Shown: in pieces, positions 28,588 through 38,692 of the stretch
Position numbering within the stretch: position 1 is the first letter of the stretch
How the letters are laid out: each line of letters starts with the position of its first letter
Notes under the pieces: generated by a model
What the model was told of the DNA's origin: nothing
The model's database searches: none
Seen by the model: only the letters and a program-made list of their open reading frames with translations
Translations under genes and position numbers: made by a program
Origin: Patescibacteria group bacterium
Lineage (GTDB): Bacteria; Patescibacteriota; Patescibacteriia; Buchananbacterales; UBA6539
Length of the DNA: 51,560 nt
Assembly (NCBI GenBank): GCA_028688055.1
Contig: JAQTYZ010000004.1
Span: forward strand, 99,021-150,580
Direction of reading: 5' to 3'

Positions 28588-31170
28588 ATGGCAAAAAAGA
28601 CCCTAAAAAAAATTACTAAAAAACCGAGCCAACCAAAACCCGGCCAAAAAAATGCCAAACCAGAGCTACCATCAGCGGCTGACTTAAGCCCGGACACTGT
28701 TGATGAATCATTGCCAACTATTGCTGACAAAACTGACATTGGAAAATTAATCCAGCGACGGATTGTCGATGAAATGCAAGAGTCTTATCTTGACTATGCC
28801 ATGTCCGTGATTGTTTCGCGCGCCTTGCCTGACGTTCGAGACGGCTTGAAGCCGGTTCATCGCCGAATTTTGTATGCGATGTGGAGTATTGGCCTGCGTC
28901 CAAGCGCCAAATTCCGAAAATCAGCCACCGTGGTTGGAGAAGTCTTAGGTAAATACCATCCGCACGGCGACAGCGCGGTTTATGATTCATTGGTCAGAAT
29001 GGCCCAAGATTTTTCTTTGCGTTACCCCTTGGTGAAGGGGCAAGGAAACTTTGGCTCAATGGATGGCGATGGCGCAGCGGCCATGCGTTACACCGAAGCC
29101 AAACTGGCTAACATTGCTGAAGAGTTACTAACCGACATTGAAAAAAATACTGTTCAGTTTGTTCCCAATTATGATGGCTCTCATTCCGAACCAACGGTGT
29201 TACCGGCCAAACTGCCAAACTTATTGATTAATGGCACAGTTGGCATTGCGGTGGGTATGGCGACCAACATTGCTCCCCACAATCTCGATGAAATAATTGA
29301 TGCCACCATTCACTTAATTAATAATCCCGACGCGGCGGTCGATGATTTAATTAAATTTGTCAAAGGCCCTGATTTTCCAACCGGCGGCATTATTTTTGAC
29401 GCCAGTGAAATCAAACAAATGTACGCCACCGGCAAAGGCGGCATTGTGGTCCGCGCCAAGACTGAAATTGTCGAAACCAAAGGCGGCAGTTTCAATATTT
29501 TAGTGACCGAGATTCCTTATCAGGTAAACAAATCGACGCTCTTAGAAAGAATCGCTGATCTAGTTAAAGACAAAAAAATTGACGGCATCAAAGACTTGCG
29601 CGATGAATCCTCAAAAGAAGGCGTCCGAATTGTCATTGAATTAAAAAAAGATTCCTATCCCAAAAAAGTTTTAAATACCTTGTTCAAGCTAACCGATTTA
29701 CAAACCTCATTCCACTCAAATATGTTGGCGTTAGTCGACGGCATCCAGCCGCGCGTCTTAACGCTGAAAATGATTTTAGAAGAATATTTAAAACATCGCC
29801 AAGCAGTGATTCGCGCCCGAACTGAATATGATTTAGCTAAAGCCAAAGACCGCGCTCATATTTTAGAGGGTTTAAAAATGGCGCTGGCCAAAATTGATGA
29901 AATTATCAAAACCATCAAGCAGTCCAAAGACAAAGATGTCGCCAAAATTAATTTGATCAAAAAATTCAAATTAAGTGATCGCCAAGCGGTCGCCATTTTG
30001 GAAATGAAACTCCAGCAGCTAGCCAACCTGGAACGAATAAAAATTGAACAAGAACTCAAAGAAAAACTGGAATTGATCAAAGAGTTAGAATCAATTTTGA
30101 AATCAGCGTCAAGGATTTTAAAAATTATTGAGGCGGAACTCGTCGGCTTAAAAGAAAAATATGGTTCCCCGCGGCGCACGCAAATTATTGCCCATGGGGC
30201 CCAAAGTTTTTCGACCGAAGATTTAATTCCGGATGAAGATACCATTGTCACCATTACCAAAGACGGCTATATCAAACGACTGCCCCCAGATACTTTTAAA
30301 ACCCAAAGCCGTGGTGGTAAAGGCGTCTCCGGTCTGACCACCAAGGAAGAAGACATTGTCGAACACTTCTTTATGACTACCACTCACTCGGATATTCTAT
30401 TTTTTACGACCAAGGGCCGGGTGTTCCAGCTTAAAGCTTATGATATTCCGAAAGGCTCCAGAACGGCCAAGGGCCAAGCCATTGTTAATTTCCTCCAACT
30501 AGCGCCCGACGAAAAGGTTTCATCCTCATTGCCGCTAAGCGAACTAGGGGATTATAAATTCTTGGTTATGGTAACAACGCTGGGCAACATTAAAAAAGTT
30601 AATATTTCTGACTTTGACAATATCCGCCGTTCCGGGCTGATTGCCATCAAACTTAAAAAAAATGACGAGCTGGAGTGGGTCAAGCCGTCGACAGGTAAAG
30701 ATGATATTATTATGATCAGCGCCAACGGCCAAGCAATCCGCTTCCGCGAATCACAAGTTCGCCCAATGGGTCGCGGAGCGTCAGGAGTCAGAGGCATTAG
30801 GCTAAAATCAAATGACAAGGCCATTGCCATGGATGTTATTGATCAAGCCTTAGCTAAAATCGGCCAACTGCTGATTTTAATGTCAAATGGCTACGGCAAA
30901 CGCAGCGGCTTAAGCAATTATAAAACCCAAAGTCGCGGTGGCTCAGGCATTAAAACGGCAAAAATAACTCCCAAGACCGGCAATATTGTTGCGGCCATCG
31001 TCGTTAACTCGCAAGCCGTTGATGAAGATATGATTATTATTTCTGCCCATGGACAAGTTATCAGATTACCGCTAAAATCAGTTAATATTCTAGGACGAGC
31101 AACACAGGGTGTCAGATTGATGAAATTTAAAGAGCCAAACGACAAAGTCGCTTCCACTACTTTTGTTTAA
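28588..31170 (+). CDS. gyrA: DNA gyrase subunit A
   Basis: [29 protein letters not shown], GyrA box QSRGGKG, C-terminal pinwheel repeats. Confidence 0.97.
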   Translation: MAKKTLKKITKKPSQPKPGQKNAKPELPSAADLSPDTVDESLPTIADKTDIGKLIQRRIVDEMQESYLDYAMSVIVSRALPDVRDGLKPVHRRILYAMWSIGLRPSAKFRKSATVVGEVLGKYHPHGDSAVYDSLVRMAQDFSLRYPLVKGQGNFGSMDGDGAAAMRYTEAKLANIAEELLTDIEKNTVQFVPNYDGSHSEPTVLPAKLPNLLINGTVGIAVGMATNIAPHNLDEIIDATIHLINNPDAAVDDLIKFVKGPDFPTGGIIFDASEIKQMYATGKGGIVVRAKTEIVETKGGSFNILVTEIPYQVNKSTLLERIADLVKDKKIDGIKDLRDESSKEGVRIVIELKKDSYPKKVLNTLFKLTDLQTSFHSNMLALVDGIQPRVLTLKMILEEYLKHRQAVIRARTEYDLAKAKDRAHILEGLKMALAKIDEIIKTIKQSKDKDVAKINLIKKFKLSDRQAVAILEMKLQQLANLERIKIEQELKEKLELIKELESILKSASRILKIIEAELVGLKEKYGSPRRTQIIAHGAQSFSTEDLIPDEDTIVTITKDGYIKRLPPDTFKTQSRGGKGVSGLTTKEEDIVEHFFMTTTHSDILFFTTKGRVFQLKAYDIPKGSRTAKGQAIVNFLQLAPDEKVSSSLPLSELGDYKFLVMVTTLGNIKKVNISDFDNIRRSGLIAIKLKKNDELEWVKPSTGKDDIIMISANGQAIRFRESQVRPMGRGASGVRGIRLKSNDKAIAMDVIDQALAKIGQLLILMSNGYGKRSGLSNYKTQSRGGSGIKTAKITPKTGNIVAAIVVNSQAVDEDMIIISAHGQVIRLPLKSVNILGRATQGVRLMKFKEPNDKVASTTFV

Positions 31171-31212
31171 TAAATTGATAAAAATTAATTTTTTAGTTAA
31201 AATACAAATATT

Positions 31213-31416
31213 ATGCCAGTACCAGCAAAACGAAGAAGCAGTTCCAAGGGCCGACGGGGCCGAGCCAATAAAGGCTTAGCTAAAAAAACCTTAGCCAAGT
31301 GTTCAAAATGTGGCAAACCAACAATGCCTCATCATGTTTGTCCATTCTGTGGCAACTACCAAGGCAAAGAAATCATTAAGTCAAAGGTTAAAAAGAAAGC
31401 CGGCAGCAAAAAATAA
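31213..31416 (+). CDS. rpmF: 50S ribosomal protein L32
   Basis: MPVPAKRRS, C..CG...PHHVCP.CG.Y; TTGATA-N17-TAAAAT ends 9 nt before ATG. Confidence 0.95.
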   Translation: MPVPAKRRSSSKGRRGRANKGLAKKTLAKCSKCGKPTMPHHVCPFCGNYQGKEIIKSKVKKKAGSKK

Positions 31417-31442
31417 TCGCCGCTCTTTAATTCTTTCACCCT

Positions 31443-31892
31443 ATGTCCAATCGCCATTTAGCGCGAACAATTGCGTTACAAACCCTCTACCAATGGGACT
31501 TTAATCATCTTGGTGCCGAAACCCTGCCTGAGGTTGTTCAGCGCAACTTAAAAGAGTTTGCCCCCCAATTTGACGACAAAGGTTTTATCGAACATCTGGT
31601 TGCCGGGGTCATTAAAAATCATAATGAGATTGATAAATTAATTATCAAGTACGCACCGGAATGGCCATTGGAACAAATTACGATGGTCGACCGCAATGTC
31701 CTGCGCATTGGCATCCAAGAAATGAAGTATGATGATGAAATTCCTGAAAAAGTTGCCATCAACGAAGCGATTGAATTAGCTAAAACCTTTGGCGGTGAGT
31801 CATCTGGCAAATTCGTCAATGGCGTCTTAGGGACTATCTATAAAGAAATTTTAAATAGCAAACAGGCCAGTGGCCCCGACAAAAAAAATTAA
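31443..31892 (+). CDS. nusB: Transcription antitermination factor NusB
   Basis: [33 protein letters not shown]. Confidence 0.95.
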   Translation: MSNRHLARTIALQTLYQWDFNHLGAETLPEVVQRNLKEFAPQFDDKGFIEHLVAGVIKNHNEIDKLIIKYAPEWPLEQITMVDRNVLRIGIQEMKYDDEIPEKVAINEAIELAKTFGGESSGKFVNGVLGTIYKEILNSKQASGPDKKN

Positions 31893-31969
31893 CCATTAAC
31901 CCAGAGGTTGGGAAATTGGCATACTAAGCCATTAGCATTCCAATTTGCCAATCACTTCGAACCAAGTCC

Positions 31970-32662
31970 ATGAAAGACTTCTCTCGACTGGAAAAAAAAA
32001 TCCAAGTCAAATTCAAAAATCCTGATTTACTAAGACAGGCTTTTGTTCATCGTTCCTATATTAACGAAAATCCTCAATTCGAGCTGCAACACAACGAGCG
32101 TTTGGAATTTTTAGGTGATGCCGTTTTAGAATTAGTTGTTACGGAATATCTATATAATGACTACCCAAACCCGGAAGGCGAGTTAACCAACTGGCGTGCC
32201 AGTTTAGTTAACAGCCATATGCTGGCCAAATCGGCGCGCGAACTGGGGTTGGAAACTTATCTTTTTTTAAGCAAGGGCGAAGCTAAGGACACAAACGTCA
32301 AAGCCCGAAACTACATTTTAGCCAATGCCTTTGAGGCTTTAATTGGCGCCATCTATCTTGACGGCGGCTATAAACCATCGAAAGCGTTCATTGAAAAAAT
32401 ATTAATTCCACAATTACCAAATATTTTATCAAATAAACTTTATCAGGATCCTAAAAGCCAATTCCAAGAAATGGCCCAGGAGAAAACCGGCGTTACGCCA
32501 CACTATAAAGTTCTAAAAGAAAGCGGACCCGATCATGCCAAAAAATTTCAAGTCGGAGTCTATCTCAGCGACGAGCTAGTTGCCACCAGCACCGGAACCA
32601 GTAAGCAAGAAGCTCAAGTTAAAGCCGCCGCTAGTGCCTTGAAGAAAAAAAATTGGGGTTAA
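31970..32662 (+). CDS. rnc: Ribonuclease III
   Basis: HRSY, NERLEFLGDAVL, EALIGAIYLD, dsRBD KSQFQE. Confidence 0.97.
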   Translation: MKDFSRLEKKIQVKFKNPDLLRQAFVHRSYINENPQFELQHNERLEFLGDAVLELVVTEYLYNDYPNPEGELTNWRASLVNSHMLAKSARELGLETYLFLSKGEAKDTNVKARNYILANAFEALIGAIYLDGGYKPSKAFIEKILIPQLPNILSNKLYQDPKSQFQEMAQEKTGVTPHYKVLKESGPDHAKKFQVGVYLSDELVATSTGTSKQEAQVKAAASALKKKNWG

Positions 32663-32686
32663 CCCCGCTAAAAATTTTACAACCTT

Positions 32687-33727
32687 ATGAAAATTGACGA
32701 GTTGTTCAAAATTGCTGTTGAAAATAAAGCCTCCGATCTCCACTTGTTAGTCGGCATGCCGCCAATCTTAAGAATTGATGGTAACTTAACTCCCATTAAG
32801 GATCAAGACAAATTGACCAACAAGGATGCCCAAGAAATTATTTACCCCATTTTGACCGAAAAGCAAAAAGCCGTTTTTTTGAGTGAGAAAGAATTAGATT
32901 TATCACACGAAATTAAAACGGGCCAGCGTTTCCGAGTTAATATCCACTTGGAAAAAGATAATTTAGGTCTGGTGGCTCGCGTCATTTCCTCAAAAATTCC
33001 CACAATGGAAGATATTGAAATGCCCGACATTGCCTACAAACTTCTAGATATGACGCAAGGTTTAATCCTAGTCACTGGGCCAACCGGTTGCGGCAAATCA
33101 ACCACCTTGGCGGCAATGGTAAATTATATTAATAATCAACGGTCATCAAATATCATTACTCTAGAAGATCCCATCGAATTTTTATTTAAGCCAAATAAAA
33201 GTATTATCATCCAGCGCCAGCTTCACACCGATATGCTGACTTTTGAAAGCGCCTTGATTCACGTCCTGCGACAAGATCCCAATGTCATTATGGTCGGTGA
33301 GATGAGAGATCTAAAAACGATTGCCGCCACCATCACCCTAGCGGAAACTGGACACTTAGTTTTAGCCACGCTCCACACCCACAATGCGGCTCAAACCATC
33401 GACCGTATCATTGATATTTTCCCTTCCCATCAACAACAACAAATTCGACTGCAAGTCTCAATGACATTGAAAGCCATTCTCTCACAGCAATTAATTCCCA
33501 AAAACGACAAGGGTCGAGTGGCCACCCGAGAAGTTTTGCTCAATACGCCAGCGGTTTCAAACCTAATCCGAGAAAACAAAATTGCTCAAATAAAAACGGT
33601 TATTCAAACCAGCGCCGAGGATGGGATGATCACGATGGATCAGGATCTGATTAATTTATATAGCCAATCAATCATTACCAAAGAAGTTGCCCAGGCCCAT
33701 ATGGTTAATCCGGAAATGTTAAATTAA
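32687..33727 (+). CDS. pilT: Type IV pilus retraction ATPase
   Basis: ASDLHL, GPTGCGKSTT, EDPIEF, RQDP, AETGHLV..TLHT, AVSNLIRE. Confidence 0.92.
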   Translation: MKIDELFKIAVENKASDLHLLVGMPPILRIDGNLTPIKDQDKLTNKDAQEIIYPILTEKQKAVFLSEKELDLSHEIKTGQRFRVNIHLEKDNLGLVARVISSKIPTMEDIEMPDIAYKLLDMTQGLILVTGPTGCGKSTTLAAMVNYINNQRSSNIITLEDPIEFLFKPNKSIIIQRQLHTDMLTFESALIHVLRQDPNVIMVGEMRDLKTIAATITLAETGHLVLATLHTHNAAQTIDRIIDIFPSHQQQQIRLQVSMTLKAILSQQLIPKNDKGRVATREVLLNTPAVSNLIRENKIAQIKTVIQTSAEDGMITMDQDLINLYSQSIITKEVAQAHMVNPEMLN

Positions 33728-33755
33728 AAATTACCTCACCGTTAACCAAGGCTTT

Positions 33756-34379
33756 TTATTCGGCAAAATATTCATTGACTACCCTCACTAAATCATTGGG
33801 GCGCTCCACAATTTGATAATAATTCAGATCGGAAAAATAGTCTTTAGAATGGAACCCCCACGAGACAACGATTGAATCAATACCAACCTTGGCCGCCTCT
33901 TTTAAATCCCCGGCTGTATCGGTGACAAACACGCAATCGCTTTGGCTAATATTATATTCAGCTAGCACCATCCTCATTTTTTCAATCTTACTGCGGTGGA
34001 CATCGGCGCCATACACCTTATCAAACAGCTGATTGATATGATGCAGCTCTAAATAAGACTGAATAGGACTGTTGATCGAAGACGATACAACCACGAGCCG
34101 ATAACTGGCACTTAATTTTTTTAAGGCCGCAGGCATCCCGATAATTACCGGCAACTTCAAAAGCTTTTTAGCATACAGCTTAAACCATTCCTCCTGACTG
34201 ACCTTTTTATGATTACCATTTTGATGGTGACTATCCACCGAATCAAAAATATTCCCACAAAACATCTCGCGGTAATATTGTCGGCTAAAGCCAAGTTGCA
34301 ACTCTTCCACAATGGAATAAGCCGTCTCAAAGCTGTCGACGATCACTCCATCAAAATCAAAGAGAATAATTTTTTTCAT
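33756..34379 (-). CDS. HAD-family hydrolase (phosphoglycolate phosphatase-like)
   Basis: FDFDG motif I; start set at 34379, 9 nt after TGTTATAAT. Confidence 0.88.
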   Translation of the reverse strand: MKKIILFDFDGVIVDSFETAYSIVEELQLGFSRQYYREMFCGNIFDSVDSHHQNGNHKKVSQEEWFKLYAKKLLKLPVIIGMPAALKKLSASYRLVVVSSSINSPIQSYLELHHINQLFDKVYGADVHRSKIEKMRMVLAEYNISQSDCVFVTDTAGDLKEAAKVGIDSIVVSWGFHSKDYFSDLNYYQIVERPNDLVRVVNEYFAE

Positions 34380-34475
34380 CGTCGTACCATTATAACAAAT
34401 TTTGCTCTGTGTTGAAACTTGATTTTTTTTAAAAACCATGATAACTTGTCTTAGTTATTGATCTAATGTCGATTT

Positions 34476-34551
34476 GCGCTCGTAGCTCAATGGATAGAGC
34501 ACTTGGCTTCGGACCAAGGGGTTGTAGGTTCGACTCCTACCGAGCGCGCCA
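34476..34551 (+). tRNA. tRNA-Arg(UCG)
   Basis: Acceptor GCGCTCG/CGAGCGC, anticodon arm CTTGG-CTTCGGA-CCAAG, GTTCGA, encoded CCA. Confidence 0.96.
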
Positions 34552-34560
34552 AAAAATCAT

Positions 34561-34866
34561 ATGGAAAACGAACCAAGATTTGACCCTGATTTTCGAGCAA
34601 TACCAATGGCCGAAATTATCCTGCGAACGATTAAAGACGCTGGGCCCGAAGGACTATCCCTAACGCAAATTACTCAAGCCATCGACTTGGCGCAAAACCA
34701 ACGCGCTAAACAACAAGCCAAAACGGAACATGAATTTCCCAACACCATTGACCTGGGCGTACCTAATATCGAAATCGTCGAAGTAGTCTTAGACCAATTA
34801 GTTAAAAGTGGTCAAGTCGAGATCAAGGACGGACGCGTCCGAATAATTACCAACGAAAATAATTAA
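34561..34866 (+). CDS. Hypothetical protein, possible winged helix
   Basis: IILRTIKDAGPEGLSLTQI ... VVLDQLVKSGQVEIKDGRV; lies between two tRNAs. Confidence 0.7.
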   Translation: MENEPRFDPDFRAIPMAEIILRTIKDAGPEGLSLTQITQAIDLAQNQRAKQQAKTEHEFPNTIDLGVPNIEIVEVVLDQLVKSGQVEIKDGRVRIITNENN

Positions 34867-34867
34867 T

Positions 34868-34943
34868 GGGTGCATAGCTCAGTTGGTAGAGCAACTCCCT
34901 CTTAAGGAGATGGTCGGGGGTTCGAATCCCTCTGCGCCCACCA
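34868..34943 (+). tRNA. tRNA-Lys(CUU)
   Basis: Acceptor GGGTGCA/TGCGCCC, loop CTCTTAA, GTTCGAAT, encoded CCA. Confidence 0.95.
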
Positions 34944-35114
34944 AAGAAGTCTAATTGTCACACTAGTGGCAGATAGACTTCTTTTGATAAGATAAAAGAT
35001 TCGAACGGGCAGCGCTAGCGGCGAGCTGGCACAGCCGCCAGCGCTGCCCAGGGCAACGAGCCGTGACGCTATTTGAAGACACGGCGAGGCGGAAATCCCT
35101 CTGCGCCCACCAAA
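34925..35114 (+). repeat. 21-bp direct repeat of the tRNA-Lys 3' end flanking a structured spacer
   Basis: AATCCCTCTGCGCCCACCAAA at 34925-34945 and 35094-35114. Confidence 0.92.
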
Positions 35115-35160
35115 AAAACCACCTCGCTTCTGAGATGATTTTTTGCTATACTAAGATCGT

Positions 35161-35583
35161 ATGGCAACCGAGGCCGAAATCCAAAAAACCTTTAAAATTT
35201 CGCTGGAAGACGACAATCTTATTGTGGTCGAGCTATTGGGTAATGTCTCAACCGCTGCCGATAACGTTAAACAGGCCCAAATCATCAACCAAACATTTCA
35301 AAATATTTATCACAATGTTGAAAATTCGGCTTTTAAAACTTTGATTATTATGAGTGGCCTTGGCGGCGGTGCCCATTACCCTTCACCCCAAGCCAGACAA
35401 ATCTATCTTGATTTGCTCCGCAATGAAAAATTAAAAAAACTGGCCATCGTCGCCCCAAGCCCCTTGCTCCGAGCTATCATGAAATTTATTATTTCCGGCC
35501 GCGTTAAGGACAAGCCGCTTGAATTTTTTAACAGCCGTGACCAAGCCATTACTTGGCTCAACAGCGAAATCACTGAAGAATAA
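35161..35583 (+). CDS. STAS/SEC14 (SpoIIAA-like) domain protein
   Basis: KLAIV..SPLLRAIMKFI and FFNSRDQAITWL patterns; leaderless-type promoter. Confidence 0.7.
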   Translation: MATEAEIQKTFKISLEDDNLIVVELLGNVSTAADNVKQAQIINQTFQNIYHNVENSAFKTLIIMSGLGGGAHYPSPQARQIYLDLLRNEKLKKLAIVAPSPLLRAIMKFIISGRVKDKPLEFFNSRDQAITWLNSEITEE

Positions 35584-35586
35584 AAA

Positions 35587-35608
35587 TACCCCGCTAACTA
35601 GCGGGGTA
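35587..35608. terminator. Terminator between convergent genes
   Basis: TACCCCGCT-aact-AGCGGGGTA. Confidence 0.75.
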
Positions 35609-35626
35609 AAATTAAATCTTGAACCC

Positions 35627-35905
35627 TTAGCTCTTAAGAGCTTCTTTTAAATTCTTGCCGGCTTTAAATTTCGGCACGGTGACTGACGGGATATCAATTT
35701 TTTCCGACGGATTGCGCGGATTAACACCAATGCGCCCCTTGCGCGTTCTGGCGGAAAAAGCGCCAAAACCAGTTAAGGTAACTTCCTGGCCGGCTTTTAA
35801 TTTGTCGATAATGGTTTTGGTTAAAGTATCAATTACGTCTTCAACCTCTTTTTTTGAAACACCAACTTTGTTGGAAATCTCATCAATTAAGTCTGCCTTG
35901 TTCAT
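35627..35905 (-). CDS. hup: HU family DNA-binding protein (copy 2)
   Basis: MNKADLI, GFG.F, R.GR.G.NP, VPKFKAGK.LK; GGAGG SD. Confidence 0.95.
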   Translation of the reverse strand: MNKADLIDEISNKVGVSKKEVEDVIDTLTKTIIDKLKAGQEVTLTGFGAFSARTRKGRIGVNPRNPSEKIDIPSVTVPKFKAGKNLKEALKS

Positions 35906-35977
35906 GGTTGCCTCCCTGCCAACGCCCCTCGGGCCATTGCGGTTATTTTATATTTAATTAATTTTGATGAATATAGC

Positions 35978-36775
35978 TTATAATACTTTGACTTTTCTGT
36001 CCACCCTAACAATCGATTTGGCTTGTCGTGAATTATGGTCGATCTCAAGTAAAACGGCATTAACACTCACCTCGCCAACTTCCGGAATATCAAGTTTAAA
36101 GGTAGTCTTATCAACAAAACTTTGAATAATTGGTTCTTTGGTATCACCAATAATTGAATCAGTCGCACCGACCATACCAACATCGGAAACAAAAGCGGTG
36201 CCACTGGGCAACACCTTATGGTCCGCCGTTGGCACGTGAGTATGGGTTCCCAATACCGCGCTGACCCGGCCGTCAACATACCAACCAAACGCCGCTTTCT
36301 CCGAAGTTGCCTCGGCGTGAAAATCGACAATAATCGCGGCCAAATTTTTTGGCAATTCTTGTTTTAAGATTTCATCAATTTTCTGAAACGGTGAATCAAG
36401 TTCTTCTTTCATAAAAACTTGCCCCATCAAATTAACAATCATCACCGATTTCGAGCCAACCTCAATAATCCGAAAACCTTTACCCGGTACGGCGTCGGGA
36501 TAATTAGCCGGTCTGATCACAATCGGCTTTGGATCGACTAATAAAACCTCGGCTTCCGGTTTTGATAAAACATGATTACCGGAAGTAAAAAAATCTATAC
36601 CCGCTTCACGCAGCTCATTGATTATTTTCGAGGTAAACCCGACACCATGAGCCGAATTTTCCGCGTTGGCCAAAATCAAGTCAGGATTTAACTCCTGCTT
36701 TAGCTCGGGTAAAATTTGTTTGATGGCTTGACGGCCGATCCGACCAACAATATCACCAAAGAATAATATTTTCAT
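35978..36775 (-). CDS. ymdB: YmdB-like metallophosphoesterase
   Basis: GDIVG, NAENSAHG, TSGNH, DFHAEATSEK, GTHTHVPTAD, DVGMVG; downstream of rny. Confidence 0.93.
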   Translation of the reverse strand: MKILFFGDIVGRIGRQAIKQILPELKQELNPDLILANAENSAHGVGFTSKIINELREAGIDFFTSGNHVLSKPEAEVLLVDPKPIVIRPANYPDAVPGKGFRIIEVGSKSVMIVNLMGQVFMKEELDSPFQKIDEILKQELPKNLAAIIVDFHAEATSEKAAFGWYVDGRVSAVLGTHTHVPTADHKVLPSGTAFVSDVGMVGATDSIIGDTKEPIIQSFVDKTTFKLDIPEVGEVSVNAVLLEIDHNSRQAKSIVRVDRKVKVL

Positions 36776-36790
36776 CGTCAATAATTTAAA

Positions 36791-38317
36791 TTAACGAGCG
36801 TATTCAACCACTCTAGTTTCCCTAATAATGGTCACTTTAATTTCACCGGGGTAGCGTAACTCGGCTTCAATTTTTCTGGCAATGTCTTGGGCCATTTTCA
36901 TCGCCGCCAAATCATCAATCGCTTCCGGCACGACAAAGACTCTAATTTCTCGTCCGGCTTGCAAAGCATAGCAACGATCCACACCGTCAAAAGCCGTCGC
37001 AACTTTTTCCAAATCTTCCAGACGCTGCAAATATTGTTCATAACTGTCTTTGCGCGCTCCCGGTCGAGCGCCGGAAACGGCGTCCGCAACTTGGACAATA
37101 ATTGCTTCCAGCGTTTTTGGATTTGGATCATGATGACCGCGGGCGATATAAGCCACCTCTTCGGGTAAACCAAATTTCTTCAAAATATCATAGCCGATTT
37201 CCGGGTGCGTACCCTGGACTTCGTGATCAACGGCTTTTCCAATGTCGTGAAGCAGTCCGCCCTTTTTGGCGATACTAACGTCAGCCCCTAATTCCTGCGC
37301 CAACAAAGCCGACAAATGGGCGATTTCAATGGAGTGCTGTAAAATATTTTGGCCATAACTGGTTCGATATTTTAAGCGGCCGATAATCTGAATCAATTTT
37401 GGATCAAGCCCCGTAATGCCCAATTCATAAACGGCATTTTCGCCAGCTTCCTTAATCTCCAGCGCTAATTCGCGCTTGGCTTCGTCAATGGCTTCTTCAA
37501 TTTTAGCCGGATGAATACGGCCATCTAAAATTAATTTGCTTAAGGCTTTTTTGGCCACGTGACGGCGAATCGGCGAAAAGCCCGAGATGGTAATGGCCTG
37601 CGGGGTATCATCAACAATAATTTCGACCCCGGTCAATTTTTCAATCGTTCTAATGTTTCGTCCTTCCCGACCAATAATGCGGCCTTTCATTTCGTCTGAG
37701 GGTAAATCAATGGTGGTCGTGGTCCCTTCCGCCGCATGCGAAACTGAGCAGCGCTGAATAGCGAGGGTCAGCATTTCTTTGCCTTTTCGTTCAAGTTCCA
37801 AATTAGACTGATTAGCTAATTTTTTCATTCTTTCAACTAAGTCATCTTTAATTTCTCGCTCGGTATTATCAATCAAAACTTTTTTAGCATCTTCCTTGGT
37901 CAAATTGGCAACCTTTTCCAATTTAGCCATTTGTTCTTCTTTAATTTTGCCAATCTCCGCTTTCAACCCCTCAATTTTTTCCGCCTTATCCAATAACTCC
38001 TGTTTTTTGTTTTCCAAATCTAAAAGTTTTTGGTCAAACAAGGCTTCACGGCTTTCCAATCTTTTTTGCGATCTAATTAATTCTTGCTGCCGCTCCTTTT
38101 CTTCAAATTTGCCTTCTTCAATAATCTTGAGGGCCTTGTCGTTGGCTTCAAGCAAAATTTCTTTTTGCTTGGCCTTAGCGTCATTCAAAAGTCCTTCGAC
38201 TTTAGTCTCAATCGTATCTTTGCGCTTAACGGCCCACATTTTTCTCAGCTGATAACCAAAAGCAATCCCGCCGAGGATGGTCACAAACAGCGCGATTAAC
38301 CAATAAATTGTTGACAT
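36791..38317 (-). CDS. rny: Ribonuclease Y
   Basis: N-terminal TM, coiled coil, KH (KGRIIGREGRNIR), HD (LLHDIGK), RVVEYAR; start set at ATG 38317. Confidence 0.97.
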   Translation of the reverse strand: MSTIYWLIALFVTILGGIAFGYQLRKMWAVKRKDTIETKVEGLLNDAKAKQKEILLEANDKALKIIEEGKFEEKERQQELIRSQKRLESREALFDQKLLDLENKKQELLDKAEKIEGLKAEIGKIKEEQMAKLEKVANLTKEDAKKVLIDNTEREIKDDLVERMKKLANQSNLELERKGKEMLTLAIQRCSVSHAAEGTTTTIDLPSDEMKGRIIGREGRNIRTIEKLTGVEIIVDDTPQAITISGFSPIRRHVAKKALSKLILDGRIHPAKIEEAIDEAKRELALEIKEAGENAVYELGITGLDPKLIQIIGRLKYRTSYGQNILQHSIEIAHLSALLAQELGADVSIAKKGGLLHDIGKAVDHEVQGTHPEIGYDILKKFGLPEEVAYIARGHHDPNPKTLEAIIVQVADAVSGARPGARKDSYEQYLQRLEDLEKVATAFDGVDRCYALQAGREIRVFVVPEAIDDLAAMKMAQDIARKIEAELRYPGEIKVTIIRETRVVEYAR

Positions 38318-38336
38318 AAATTCTAGCTCCAAAAAG

Positions 38337-38566
38337 ATAGAGAGCTAAACGACGATTTTACTTTGTGGGGAGATTGCCCAGTCACCATTGACTTGAGCGA
38401 AAGACAGCTTAAAACAACAACCAACTGGTCGTTTTAGTTTAAACTGATTTTAGAGTCACGATTCATTAAAGTAATAATGCTGGAAAAGAGTTGATAAATC
38501 GATGAATTTGGACTCATTTCGGCTGTATTCCGCATCGCTAGAATCTCCTGTCGCCTAAATCTCTAT
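38337..38566 (-). ncRNA. Long rod-shaped structured RNA upstream of rny (6S RNA candidate or cis leader)
   Basis: Nested stems 38550-66/38337-53, GGAGATT/AATCTCC, GCGGAATACAGC/GCTGTCTTTCGC, GAGTC/GACTC; G-U pairs indicate the minus strand; TTGTCA-N17-TAGCCT upstream. Confidence 0.6.
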
Positions 38567-38636
38567 TTCGTTAAATAAATAATGTTACTCTGAGGCTACC
38601 ATAAATTCAGCTTTTTGACAAGGGTGGCGGTAAATG

Positions 38637-38663
38637 AAAAGAGCGGGGGATGGGACCCCGCTC
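38637..38663 (-). terminator. Terminator of the 72-aa ORF
   Basis: GAGCGGGG/CCCCGCTC plus TTTT on the minus strand. Confidence 0.8.
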
Positions 38664-38692
38664 GGGAAACAATTTAGCGCGAACTTTCGCGC

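Noticed and set aside
34466-34663. 65-aa ORF
   Set aside because: It reads through tRNA-Arg
35063-35344. 93-aa ORF
   Set aside because: It crosses the tRNA repeat and overlaps the better ORF at 35161 in another frame
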